Positions 13,095 through 25,870 of a stretch of 64,000 nt of DNA are shown here, in pieces. Source of the DNA: Mobula birostris (taxonomy: Eukaryota). Numbering within the stretch: position 1 is the stretch's first letter; each line of letters opens with the position of its first letter. The stretch covers positions 9,911,423 to 9,975,422 of the forward strand of contig NC_092384.1 in NCBI RefSeq assembly GCF_030028105.1, read 5' to 3'. The notes beneath the pieces were generated by a model, which was not told where the DNA came from, searched no databases, and worked only from the letters and a program-made list of their open reading frames with translations. The position numbers and the translations under genes are program-made.

Positions 13095-13297
13095 ATCACT
13101 CAGAGAGTGGTGCGAGTGTGGAATGAGCTGCCAGAGGAAGAGGTGGATGTGAGTTCGATTTTAACATGTAAAAGAAATATGGATAGTTATTTTCATGGGA
13201 GGGGTATGAAGGGTCGTGGTTTAGGTGCAGGTCGATAGGACCAGGCAGAGTCACAGTCTGGCTGAAAGGTCTGTTTCTGCACTGTAGTGCTCTATGA
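13095..13297 (+). mobile_element. CR1 3' fragment
   Basis: TQRVVRVWNELPEE motif followed by CR1 3' UTR. Confidence 0.75.
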
Positions 13298-13609
13298 CCT
13301 TTGTAAATGAAAATAAAGCTATTGATACTGAAAAGCATAAATGAAAAACGAGTATGCTGGAATAAATCATCAGATCAGAAAGCATTCATAGAATGGAAAG
13401 TTGTAATTTCAGCTATATGACCGTTCATCTTAATTTGAAAGAGAGAACATAAGTTAGTATTCAGTGGCACAGAAAGCAGGGGCGGGGGGGAATGGATAGA
13501 CCTGAGAGAATGTCTGTGGTAGGGTGGGAACAAAAAGCAAATGCAGCGAACTAGCACTTAGAGTCAAATTGCTCTTCTTTGCCGGTGTATTGTATCATAG
13601 TCATCAAGA

Positions 13610-15295
13610 TTCGAACAGAAGAGCAGTGTCCCGCTCCCTCTGGATGAGCGGGAGACGAATCGAGATTCATCGCCACCAAGGAGGACGTTAGAAGGGCCTT
13701 CCTGAAGATAAATCCAAGGAAGGCGACGGGCCCAAATGGCGTCCCAGGATGGGTTCTCCGGGCCTGTGCAAGCAAGCTAGCTGGAGTGTTTGCTGACATC
13801 TTCCACTGCTCCTTGCTTCAGTCTAAGATCCCCTCGTGTTTTAAGAATCCCAGTGCCGAAGAAGAGCAAGGTGGCATGCCTGAATGACTATCAACCTGGG
13901 CTCTGACATCAATTGCTATGAAGTGCTTCGAGAGATTGGTTATGGCACATATCAACCACAGCCTACCAGTCAACCTCGACGCTTTACAACTCACCTACCG
14001 GAGCAACAAGTCAACAGCAGATGCCATCTCTCTAGCCCTGCATACCTCCTTAGAACACCTGGAGAATAAAGACACATACGTAAGGCTCCTTTTCATTGAC
14101 TACAGCTCTGCCTTTAATACCATCATTCCAGATAAACTGATTCCTAAGCTCTGGAACCTGGGCCTTAGCACTCAGTTCTGCAGTTGGATCTTCAACTTCC
14201 TCACAGACAGGACCCAGGCTGTAAAAATAGGGGACAAGCTCTCTGCTAAAATCACTCTGAGCACCGGTGTCCCACAAGGCTGTGTACTCAGCCCCCTGCT
14301 GTACTCACTGTACACCCATGATTGTGTAGCCAAGTTTCCATCAAACTCAATATATAAGTTTGCTGATGACTCAACAATTGTAGGCCGTATCTCAGGTAAT
14401 GATGAGTTTGAGTACAGAGAGGAAATTAAGAACCTGGTGGCATGGTGTGAAGACAATAACCTATCCCTCAACGTCAGCAAGACAAAGGAATTGGTTGCTG
14501 ACTTCAGAAGGAGTAGCGGACCGCAGGACCCAATTTACATCGATGGTGCGTAAGTGGAACAGGTCAAAAGCTTTAAGTTCCTTGGGGTCAATATCATAAA
14601 TGACCTGACTTGGTCCAACCAAGCAGAGTTCACTGCCAAGAAGGCCCAACAGTGCCTTTACTTCCTGAGAAAACTAAAGAAATTTGGCCTGTCCCCTAAA
14701 ACCCTCACTAATTTTTATAGATGCACCATAGAAAGCATTCTTCTAGGGTGCATCACAACCTGGTATGGAAGTTGTCCTGTTCAAGACCGAAAGAGCTGCA
14801 GAAGATCGTGAACACGGCACAGCATGTCACACAAACCAATCTTCTGTCCGTGGACTCACTTTACACCGCACGCTGTCGGAGCAGTGCTACCAGGATAATC
14901 AAGGACACGACCCACCCAGCCAACACAGTTTTCGTTCCTCTTCCCTCCGGGAGAAGGCTCAGGAGCTTAAAGACTCGTATGGCCAGATTTGGGAACAGCT
15001 TCTTTCCAACTGTGATAAGACTGCTGAACGGATCCTGACCTGGATCTGGGCTGTACCCTCCAAATATCCGGACCTGCCTCTCGGTTTTTTTGCACTACCT
15101 TACTTCCCATTTTTCTATTTTCTATTTATGATTTATAATTTAAAATTATAATATTTACTAATTTAAACAATTTTTAATATTTTTAATATTTAATATTTGT
15201 AATCTAGGGAGTGGGAAGCGCAGAATCAAATATCGCTGTGATGATTGTACGTTCTAGTACCAATTGTTTGGCAACAATAAAGTATAAAGTAAAAG
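13610..15295 (+). mobile_element. Young 5'-truncated Rex1/Babar LINE (RT pseudogene and 3' UTR)
   Basis: ORF 13918-14553 has [40 protein letters not shown]; premature TAA at 14551 and frameshift near 14790; tail aataaagtataaagtaaaag. Confidence 0.93.
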
Positions 15296-15446
15296 ATCTC
15301 ACCATTAAAGGAGTGGACATTGTCATTGGAAGAAGAAGAAGAAGAAGATTGTATCGCTAATAGCAAGACTGTCAGATGTAACCAGCAGACCAGACTGAAC
15401 TAGTAGCTAAACTGAGCTAAAATCATGGCAGGCTAACCGTCATTGG

Positions 15447-15650
15447 ACACAAGAGATTCTACAGATGCTGGACATCTTGAGCAACACACACATAATACTG
15501 GAGAAATTCAGCAGGTTAGACAGCATCTATGAAGGGGATTAAACAGACCATAATTAGAGCTGCCCATTCCTGTCTGACATCAGTTTGGGCAAGTTTTTCT
15601 ATTTGCAGATGCTCCCTGACCTGCTGTTTTAAGCATTTTCTGTTTTTATT
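15447..15650. mobile_element. Palindromic Penelope-end-derived element (degenerate)
   Basis: Left arm acacaagagattctacagatgctgg...cagcatctatg; right arm agatgctccctgacctgctg...agcattttctg. Confidence 0.6.
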
Positions 15651-16539
15651 GCTGTTAATGATATTCTAGCATGTAAATGTTCATTAACCACCCGTCCTTC
15701 AGAACCACCAGAGAGTGGCTACTGGTCAGCGTTTTTACTTTTTATCTTTTCCCTCTCTTTTCACTAAAAACTCAAGTTTAAAAAAATTTCATTTGTGTGC
15801 CTGTGTTTGTTTTTTTCCTTGTTGGGAACCCTGTTGCAACTGGTATCTAATTCCAAATTCTGGGGACTGTCAGTCACTTTCCAATTCCTTCCATCAGAAA
15901 GAAGAGGTTGGTGATGTATTCAAATACAGGCTTTACTGCATGAACAATCTAAAGTCATGCATGCAATTGAAGGTCATACTTACTATATTGTGAGGAAGGC
16001 ATCATTTGTACCTTGAGTCATGTACTAGTATTTACATGCATCACACTCAGTAACACCACATAACGGGCTCAGATATGATGCTGATTTTAATATGACAGTA
16101 TTTTTGCACTTACACTATTCCTCTTAATATAGTCCCCATTGTTGTTGAGGATAGATTAGCTATTTAGTGATTCAACTGTTAACACCACTCTGTATTTGCC
16201 TGTGCTCAAGTTTAGTCCTTGGTTTGTCCTATTATACACGTCTGTTTAGTTTAAGGATTACAAATCATTGCATAATCCACAATGATGAGGATCTGTTTGT
16301 TTCTTTTTGCAAACAGAGACCTAGAACAGTCATCAGAACAATCTATTTCTGCAGTTATCCTGAAAGACAACACACAAAATTGCTCAGATGTGTGTGGACT
16401 AACAATCAATGCAGAAGAGAAAAAAAAAGTAACAAACAATTTGCTGGAGGAACTCAACAGGTGGTGTAGGATCTGTGGAGGAAAGGAATTCTGCGGGATC
16501 ACTGGGAAGGTTGAAGGATGGACGTCCGTGAATCTACAA

Positions 16540-16835
16540 GTCCAGTGGAGGTCAAAGAAAGCGGCTTGTCCTGTGGTTAGAGGACTGTGTATGTGTGTGG
16601 GTGGGAAGAATGAGGGATTGCTTTGCGGTTGTTGTTTTGTCACTTGTTATATTCTGTGTTGGTCTGCCAAGCATGGTGGGCATGATGGGCATGATATCTT
16701 GGTGCCAGAATGCAGAGTGTGTGGTGACACTTGCAGGCTACCTTCAGCACATCTTTGGGTATGTTGCTTGTTAACACAAACAACATATTACGCTGTATTT
16801 TTCGGTTTACATGTGACAGAGAAATAAGAATCTGA
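16540..16835 (+). mobile_element. Non-autonomous retroelement sharing its 3' tail with local SINEs, inside a Penelope remnant
   Basis: gggcatgatatcttggtgccagaa...gtggtgacacttgcaggct...acatgtgacaga recurs at 25755-25860 and 48280-48330, and inverted at 17790-17935 and 57165-57270. Confidence 0.55.
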
Positions 16836-18379
16836 AACTGCTGACATTTCATGTCAGAACTGAGAGTGGAGAGGAGAGATTGCCAGTATAAAGAGGGCAG
16901 CGGACGCAGTGAAACAGGGGGTGGTGGACTGATGAGGAGTGAAGGATGATGGGTAGGTCAAACCAGGTAGGAGAGGTGGAGGTGGTAGTAGAGGGCGGAG
17001 TTGGAGCAGAGAAGCAGGAGGGTGTAGGATGGAGAAAAAAGAGCGAAGGTGGAGACAGCTGCTGGAGGGAGATGAGCAGGAACACAAAGGCTCACCTATA
17101 CTGGAATCTAGTAGGTGAAGAAATTGATGCTGGGGACAATTAGAAGAGAGGTGAAGGGCAGACCAAAATGAAAGTGACATTTGGCTTTCGAAATATTGCA
17201 CTGACTGCTGTGACCACCCAGCACCTCTGGGCACGGGATCAGAGGGCTGCTGCATGAAGCAATATATTTCACTGTATGTTTCAATGTTTCAATCACATAT
17301 GACAATTAATCTAATCCATGATAACCACTGGACCACCCTCTACCTTCACAGCTATTCAGTAATATGTGCAGCAGATGAAGATTAAGTATTTTGAAACTCT
17401 CCATGTTTAGCTTTTTAATAAGTTACTCATAATCGCACCTGTTCTTCAGATGAAGCATTGTACAGAGTATGACCCTCTTTATTCCTGACTGAGCTTTCCT
17501 ACAAAGACAGCACCATCCCTGTGGAGATTTCCTCCAACCTGAAAGACCACGGGCAGCCAAGGGATTAAAATCCCACTGGCACACACTGGCTTTGGTGTTG
17601 TCTGCAGGATTTGAATCTCATTTTGTGGGCAAGCTTGCCAGAAGAAGTGCAATCCAACAGAGCCACTGCCCCTTTGCTCCAGAGTTCCTCCTGACCTCCA
17701 GTGCTGTCTACATGGAGTTTGCATGCTCCTCCAGTGACCATTTTCACTGGGCACTTTGTTTTCCCTTCCACATCCCAAAGATCTCTCATCCAGATTTAGA
17801 TTCAAGTGTATTTATCACATGTACATGGAATGATACAGTGAAATGTGTCATTTGTGTTGACAAACAAACCAACCCAGCGACGTCCTGTGGGCAACTTGCA
17901 AGTGTCCCCAAGCATTCCTGCATCAACATAGTATGGTAGTGAATGGCATCAAAACACTTAACTGATAAGGAAGAGCAATTACTAAAAGTGGAGGAAGAGA
18001 GGAAACTTGTTCTTCCATTTGTAGGTATAAACTTATGGATGCATGTCAAACTTCTAGATTAAACAATATTATAGGAACTCTTTGAATAATTTCGAAAAGA
18101 CTTGAAATTATCTGTAACACAACTATTAAACCTTTTTAGAAGGGGGGTGGAGGGATTTGCAAGTAGTCAGTAGTCTACAAAGCCAAGCCAGTAACTAGGG
18201 CAGATTTATGCTGATGCTTCTCGTGAATTTCCTCATCATCTGGTTGCAATGTTGCTCACGCTAGAATTACTAAGGTTTGGGAAACCTGTCCTAATGTCAG
18301 AGGAACTCTAGTGAGTTGGAAAACTGAGATAAGTTTTCTTTAAGGCAGCAGAATAGGGATTCGCTCTTACAGCACAAAC

Positions 18380-18925
18380 TAATCCTCATGAAGGGGCCAA
18401 CAGTGGAAAGCGTAAATAGCTTCAAGTTCCTGGGTGTCAACGTCTTGGAGGATCTATCCTGGGCCCAACACATTGATATAATCACAAAGAAAACGTACTG
18501 ACACCAGTGGATCTACTTTAAGAGTTTGAGGACATTCAGTATGTCACTGAAGAGTTTCATAAGTTTCTCTGGGTGTAGCCTGCTCCATCATGTGCACAGT
18601 TCTCCCTATCATTGAGCATATCTTCAAGAGGCAGTGCCCCAAGAAGGCAGCATCTATTATTAAGAGCCCTTACCATCTGGGATATGCCCTCTTCTCATTA
18701 CTACCATCAGGGATGAGGTACAGAACTCTGAGGACCCACACCCAATGGTTCAGAAACACCTTCTTCCCCGTATCAGATTTCTGAACAGTGCATGAATCCA
18801 AGAACATGTTCTTTATTTATTCCTGCACTATTTAATTTGTTATTTATAGTAATTTTATGGCTGTGCTGCACTAAGGCCATAAATAACAAATTTCACGTCA
18901 TAAAAGTTAGTGATAAAAAGTTTAA
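18380..18925 (+). mobile_element. Degenerate Rex1/Babar 3' fragment
   Basis: VESVNSFKFLGV..LEDLSWAQH and AASIIKSPYHLGYALFSLLPSGMRYR. Confidence 0.8.
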
Positions 18926-19194
18926 CTCCAATAGTAGCAACACTCTTGTAGCTAAGCAGTTTCAAAGTGTAAATGGAAAAACAAAAATGAGAGCCTCCAA
19001 AAACAGTGGAAATGGCTCCCCTTCTAACATGTCAGATAACAGAACAATTCAAGTGAATGCATTATGCCTTTAATTGGTACCAAGGACAAAAAATCTAGCA
19101 TTCAGTTGATTACCACAAGAAACTGAAATCTGGATGAATGTTTTGGATCTTCTGTACAAATGGTATACAAATCATTTTATGAAGTATGTATGCA

Positions 19195-19311
19195 GTATGT
19201 TAGTAAGTATGCAGATGATACTAAGATAGGTGGAATTATGGATAATAAAGTAGGTTTTCAAAGCTTGCAGAGAGACTTAGGCCAGTTAGAAGAGTGGGCT
19301 GAAAGATGGCA
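19195..19311 (+). mobile_element. CR1 RT fragment
   Basis: SKYADDTKIGG...LQRDLGQLEEWAERWQ; near-identical to 63700-63810. Confidence 0.85.
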
Positions 19312-20470
19312 AACATGAGGAATTCTGCAGATGTTGGAAATTCAAGCAACACACATCAAAGTTGCTGGTGAACGCAGCAGGCCAGGCAGCATCTCTAGGA
19401 AGAGGTACAGTCGACGTTTCGGACCAAGACCCTTCGTCAGGACTAACTGAAGGAAGAGCTAGAAAGAGAATTGAAAGTGGGAGGGGGAGGGATGGAGCCA
19501 AGAGCTGGACAGGTGATTGGCAAAAGGGATATGAGGGGATCATGGGACAGGAGGCCCAGGGAGAAGGAAAAGGAGGGGGGGGGGGGACCCAGAGGATGGG
19601 CAAGGGGTATAGTCAGAGGGACAGAGGGAGAAAAAGGAGAGAGAGAGAGAAAGAATGTGTGTATATAAATAAATAACGGATGGGGTACGAGGGGGAGGTG
19701 GGGCATTAGCGGAAGTTGGAGAAGTCAATGTTCATGCCATTAGGTTGGAGGCTACCCAGACGGAATTTAAGGTGATGTTCCTCCAACCTGAGTGTGGCTT
19801 CATCTTTACAGTAGAGGAGGCCGTGGATAGACATATCAGAATGGGAATGGGATGTGGAATTAAAATGTGTGGCCGCTGGGAGATCCTGCTTTCTCTGGCG
19901 GACAGAGAGTAGGTGTTCAGCAAAACGATCTCCCAGTCTGCGTCGGGTCTCGCCAATATATAGAAGGCCACATCGGGAGCACCGAACGCAGTATATCACC
20001 CCAGCCGACTCACAGGTGAAGTGTCGCCTCACCTGGAAGGACTCTCTGGGGCCCTGAATGGTGGTAAGGGAGGAAGTGTAAGGGCGTGTGTAGCACTTGT
20101 TCCGCTTACAAGGATAAGTGCCAGGAGGGAGATCAGTGGGGAGGGATGGGGGGAACGAACGGACAAGGGAGTCACGTAGGGAGCGATCCCTGCGGAAAGC
20201 AGAGGTGGGGGAGGGAAAGATGCATTAAGGGTGGGAACCCGTTGGAGGTAGCGGAAGTTATGGAGAATAATATGTTGGACCCGGAGGCTGGTGGGGTGGT
20301 AGGTGCGGACCAGGGGAACCCTATTCCTAGTGGGGTGACGGGAGGATGGAGTGAGAGCAGATGTGCATGAAATGAGGGAGATGCGTTTGAGAACAGAGTT
20401 GGTGGTGGAGGAAGGGAAGCCCCTTTCTTTAAAAAAGGAGGACATCTCCCTCATCCTCGAATGAAAAGCT
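19312..20470 (-). mobile_element. Penelope-like element 3' part: RT C-terminus, GIY-YIG endonuclease, pseudo-LTR
   Basis: ORF 19706-20032 FTCESAGVIYCVRCSRCGLLYIGETRRRLGDRFAEH...GMN; upstream MSSFFKERGFP...RVPLVRTYHP; pyrimidine-rich 3' region with a hammerhead. Confidence 0.92.
19408..19449 (-). ncRNA. Minimal type I hammerhead ribozyme (Penelope-associated), core intact
   Basis: Minus strand reads cagttagtc CTGACGA agggtcttggtcc GAAAC GTC gactg. Confidence 0.8.
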
Positions 20471-22109
20471 TCAAGCAGGACGATATCTGGAACTCACTGC
20501 CAAAGGAGTAGTTTAAAATTCAAAAGATTCAAAACACATTTATTTTTAAAGTATGTAAGCAGTATACAACCTGAGATACATTTTCTCCACAGACAGCCAT
20601 TAAACAAAGAAAACTATGGAACTTGTTCAAGGAAAAATCACATTGTCCCTGTGCAAATAAACAAATTATGCAAAAGGAATCAAGAAAGAATGAGCAAAAT
20701 CACAGAAAATAAAACACAAAATCGAAAGAGTCCGTATTCAATTCAGATCAGTGTTCATTTGTCCAATTCACAAATCACAGACCCAAACCTTTGGTACGAA
20801 TGATCTCGCTCTGTAGATGCTGTTGGAGGATAATGCAATGACTTAGAGGACATAAAGTATCAAAGGAATGGTTGGTAAAATTAGAATTTCCACCTTGTGC
20901 CACTGAGGAAATCTTGACTTATCCCTGCTGATAATTTCAGAGCAGGCATACATGACAGTCACATTGCATTGGTGGACTGCTGTTAGTGCTGAGGGTCATT
21001 CGAATGCAGGGACCTTCCTCTGGGAGCAGTGAGTGAGAGGGCAAGAGAGACCATCATGTGCAGGCACCTTTTCCCAGCAGCAGCAACAAGTGGGAGGCAT
21101 GTAGATGACACTGAACACTCACTGGCCTTGATGCTTCTATCTTCCTTGTGCTTTTTTGGCGAGAAATGGAGTCAATCATGGGCTCGCACCCCATCTCTAA
21201 GCTTCTTGGCCTCAAGGCCGCTTACCTCCCAGAATGTTCTCGGAGACTGCAAAGGGCCAGATCACTCATTCGGCCTGGAAACACACATTAACGGTAGATC
21301 ACAGGCTACAACAGTAGAAGAATCACATTTAAAAGGAAAAGATGTAGAGCAAGTGAAAGACACAGTTTCGTGGCCATCTGGAAAATGTCACCTGTGGTAG
21401 CATTGTTCACTGGAGCCACCTTCTTCCGGGAGATCCATTCAGACAAACAGTTAAATCAGCAAGGCATAGAAGGATGCAGACCTAATGCACCATGACACAT
21501 CCACGGCAACTTCTTGCCCATCTGCACCTTTGGAACTGGTGGCATTGACATGATGGACTGAGGACCCTGTCTCTGTGCTGTACAACTCTATGATTCTATG
21601 AGTCTTGTAGACAGGAGATTCAGCCTTTAACCAACAAGCCATTCATTAGGCAGTGATGAGTACTGGAAATGGTTTTTAACTACTTCAACATGCTTAGAGT
21701 GTGACACTTATGAGTGTTTGTTTTGTGTGTAAGTTGCATGCATGGGTGTCCCCATCTTCATCACGACGAAATCCTACATTAAATCTCTGTGTGTGGATGA
21801 AGAAAATTTCTCCCTAGACACATCTGTAACAAGTTCAAGCCTTACTTTTTGTGCACTTAGAAGGTAACAGGTTGATATGTGACACACCATCCTGGCAAAA
21901 TGGGGACACAGCAATAAGGGGTTTGATTCTTTTTGTTTAAAGTCCTTTGTTTTCTCATGCACGTTCCATTCTCTCCTGTTTTGGTGCGCTGCATCACATG
22001 ATGGGCAGAAGTGAAAACTACTGGACATTTTCATAGTCACCAAATTCCAAGACTTAATCTATGCAATTCAAAGCACAGTGCTCCTACTTCATTAGGGGCC
22101 TGAGCAGAT

Positions 22110-22575
22110 TCCATATGTCATCAAAGCTCTTACACATTTCTATAGATGTACCATATTCTGACTGGTTGCATCACAGCCTCATTTCAAGGCTCCAGTGCAC
22201 AGGATCGAAATAGCCTGCGGAGTAGGCTCAGCCAGTTCCATCACGGGAACAACCCCCTCTATGATCAAAGGTATCTTCAAGAGGCAACGCCTCAAGGATG
22301 TGGGAGCCATCATTAAGGACCATTACCAACCAGGATATGCCCTCTTCTCATCGGAAAGAGGAACAGGAGTCTGAAAACCCACATTCAATGATTCAGAAAC
22401 AGGTTATTCCCCTCCACCATCAAATTTCTAAATGGTCCATAACCCAGGGATATTACATTAATATTTATTTTTGACCTATATATTTTTGTAACTTTGTCTT
22501 TGCACTGTCATACTGCTCTAAAACAACAAATTTCACATCATATAAGTCAGTGATAATGAAACTGATTTTGATTGT
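22110..22575 (+). mobile_element. Degenerate Rex1/Babar 3' fragment
   Basis: Nucleotide similarity to 18540-18925 and 51700-52050 (ttctatagatgtacc; ggttgcatcacagcc; gattcagaaacag). Confidence 0.7.
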
Positions 22576-23434
22576 TAAGAATATACAAAATAAGAAACAA
22601 GAGCAGGAGTCTGCCATCTGGCCCTCTGAGCCAGCTCCATCATTCAATAACGTCATAGCTGATCTGGCGCGGATCACTCCTTTATTTTTGCAGGAAGTTT
22701 TACCATCCACCTTCAAACAACACCTCGCATTTAATTGTGAAATACAAACTTAATTTACCTTAAATAGTATACAGACAGCAGATATAAATGATAGCAATCA
22801 TTTTGTTAAAATTTCTAATCTAAGGAAGCAATGATAATCAGGCCTTTAGAAATGCTTCAACAAATCTTCAATAAAAAATGTCCACTGGAATCAATGAGAT
22901 ATTTCATCCAAAGAAATATGTCTCATACACAATACTGCATTCGCTCAATCCTTCAATGGCCTGTCACCTCAGATCCCCTTCAGGCTAAAACCCGTGAACT
23001 GCTTATAGATGCAAGAGTAATACTGACTGAGCTACGATGACACTAATCCTAATACTTGAAGTAAAGAACTTACTCCCTGTAAATAACTTACTGTGCTTCA
23101 AGCCACAAACAGTTGAAATCAAACAACAATGCACTGTTATAACGATTGGATGTCCAAAACCATGGCAACTTCTCTGATGCAACTACCTCAAAACATTTTG
23201 GACCATTAAAGGTGCTAAATAATAGCACTGGCTGTTGGCAAGCAAACATACAGCCAAAAAGTCAACAACATGTCCAACAGTGCATGATTCTTCCTCAATC
23301 TAATTGTCAGGACAAGTCACTACTACAGGTTACAACCATTACATGAATTCCATCACCATATCCCCTACATAATAATCTGCACTCTCACACAACTCTGTCT
23401 GCTCTATTCACTTTACTTTCTTACAAGTTTGCTT

Positions 23435-24020
23435 ACATTAGGTATGTCACCTAAAACTTTGACAAACTTCCCAAGATGCTCAGTGAAGAGTATCATAACT
23501 AGTTACATCACAGCCTGGTATGGAAACACCAATGCCCAGGAATGGAAAAGTCTGCAGAAAATGGTGGATATAGCCAAGTCCATCACAGATAAAGCCTTCC
23601 CCACCATTGAACACACTTACAAGGAACTCTGCCACAAGAAATCATTAAAAACCCCACTAACCAGGCCATGCTCTCGTCTTGCTACTACCATTGTAGGTCC
23701 CACTCAAGCAGATTCAGGAACGGTTATTATCCTACAACCATATGTCTCCTGAACAGATGTGGTAACTTTACTCACCTAAGCTCTGAACTGATACCATAAC
23801 CTACAGATTCACTTTCAAACACTCCACAACTCATGTTCTCAGTATTATTCATTTATTTTATTTGCACAATTTGTCTTCTTTTGCAGATTGGTTGTTTATC
23901 AGTCTTTATGTACAGTTTTTCATAAATTCTATTGTATTTCTTTATTTTTCTGCAAGAACCTGAACGTCAAGGTAACGTATATGTACTATGTCCTTTGATA
24001 ATAAATTTACTTCGACTTTT
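23435..24020 (+). mobile_element. Degenerate Rex1/Babar 3' fragment
   Basis: GMSPKTLTNFPRCSVKSIITSYITAWYGN...LQKMVDIAKSIT; tail aataaatttacttcgac. Confidence 0.8.
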
Positions 24021-24184
24021 GACAACCCCTTCATGCACTCCATTTATTCCACATTTCTGAGTCTGCATGCTGCTTTCCAATGACTGGGTCCACCAAAGCT
24101 CATCTCTTTTCCACTCAGATCACTCTTTCACACACCATTCCCATTGCTTCACAGCTCCCTCTGAATATCAACATAGTCACCTAC

Positions 24185-25120
24185 TGTGACGGGGTCCTGA
24201 ATTACCCTTATGATCCGTGCTCAATTACCCCTATGAACTGCGCTTTTGAAAAGAGAGAGAGAAAGAAAGAGAGAGAGATTAAGACGAACTTTTGGACTGT
24301 CACTTTAAGGCACGAGGAACTTTTGGATTTTTGCTGAGTTGGAGAGAGAGAGCACCGAGCATCTCGTGAGTCGCTATGGTGACAGAGGGTGGCGTTATTT
24401 GATGGACAATCAATATTATAGTTTTTCTGGAGTATGTTTATACTTTTTCCAAGGACATTTGCCTGCTTGTACATTTCATACACAGACAAAGGAAGGAGGA
24501 GTTATTTGAATGACAGTTGGTACCCAGTATGGTGACATAAATAGGAGGTAAGATGATAGACCTCAGGCACATGTTTTTGGACACTGAATGAGCTTTGTTG
24601 TGCCCACAGAAAAAGTGGGTTTTTGGAGGATCGCTCAGGCGGATCGACCAGTGGCTCTTGCAGTGTGAAAAGGGAGTGACTGGTGGGGAGCTGTCCATGT
24701 GTCCACCCTTGCCTGGTTGATGATTCCACCACAGAAAAACGGTCCCCTTTGCTAAAGTCACAGTTGGCGACTTTTAAAGGATTTCAGAGGACAACGAGAA
24801 GATCGACGGCGTCAGTTCACCTGAAGACTCAATCTCTCCTTCTCTCTCTCTCTATCACTACTCAACTCAACACCACGAACTGAACTGAACTTTACTCATT
24901 GTCGTAAGACTATCTATTTACCCTAGACTTGAAGAAGCTTGGTTTTCATATATATTCCACACTTACTTGTATATAATCATTGCTAACCTGTTTGATTTAT
25001 CTATATTTATATTACTGTATTGCGTAGTTACTAATAAATAATATTAGTTAATAGCAATACTGGACTCCAAAGTATTTTCTATTTCTGCTGGTTCTTTAAC
25101 CCGTCATGGGGTACATGACA
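24185..25120 (+). mobile_element. Intact solo LTR (936 bp)
   Basis: TGTGAC...ATGACA termini; perfect 5-bp TSD CCTAC (24180-24184, 25121-25125); AATAAA near 25033. Confidence 0.9.
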
Positions 25121-25577
25121 CCTACAAACAGCTTCTCTGTCCCTTTACCTCCAAAGACACTGAGCTTACTGTGACAAAGTAGCCCATTGCATTGCAACCC
25201 TTATTATGACCCTCGAGCACTAACAGCAGCCCACCATGTGACTGCCATGTATACCAGCTCCGAAATGATCAGCAGAGATAAGTCAAGATTTCCTCAGTGG
25301 CACAAGATGGAAATTCTACTTTTACCAACCATTCCATTGATACTTTGTGTCCTCTAAGTCATTACACTATCCTGACAGCATTATATATTCCTCTAGCTTT
25401 GTGGTTGTTCAGTAACAGTGCTGGATTAGCCTAAGGAGCAGTACTACACTTGGATAGGAAATGTGAGAGAGAATGTTGCAGGCATATAAAGGGATATAGG
25501 ACTAATGGCATTGCTCTACCGGGAGCTAGTAGGACCTCAATGGCCCAAGTGGCCTCCTTCTGTGTTATTAAAATGTT

Positions 25578-25870
25578 AGTAGCGCAGTGGTTAGCGTAAT
25601 GTTATTACACCACCAGCTGAAAGATCAAGGGTCATTTCCTGCCACTGTTTGTAAAAAGTTTGTATATTCTTCTCATGATCATGTGGGTTTTCTCGGGTGG
25701 CTCCAAGTTCCCTCCCGCATTCCAATGATGTACGGGTTAGGGTTAGTAAATTGTGGGCATGCTATGTTATGGTGTGCCCCGTACAATCCTTGCTAATTTG
25801 ATTTGACAGAAATAATGCATTTCGCGGCGTATTTTGTTATAAACGTGACAAATAGAGTTAATCTTTCTTT
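25578..25870 (+). mobile_element. tRNA-derived V-SINE-like element
   Basis: A-box-like agtggttagc; core gtgggttttctcgggtggctccaagttccctccc; shared 3' tail. Confidence 0.7.

Noticed and set aside
16282-16827. 181-aa ORF and possible exon 16317-16428
   Set aside because: The ORF runs through Penelope and SINE-tail remnants. The acceptor looks plausible but the donor is weak and the peptide is unrecognisable.
21029-21400. 123-aa ORF in unique sequence
   Set aside because: GTG start, no recognisable domain and no convincing splice context.
21774-22043. 89-aa minus-strand ORF in unique sequence
   Set aside because: No recognisable motif; length is within chance expectation.
25578-25660. tRNA gene (also near 36640 and 47900)
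   Set aside because: A/B-box-like motifs run into a V-SINE core and no cloverleaf is evident; these are SINE heads.
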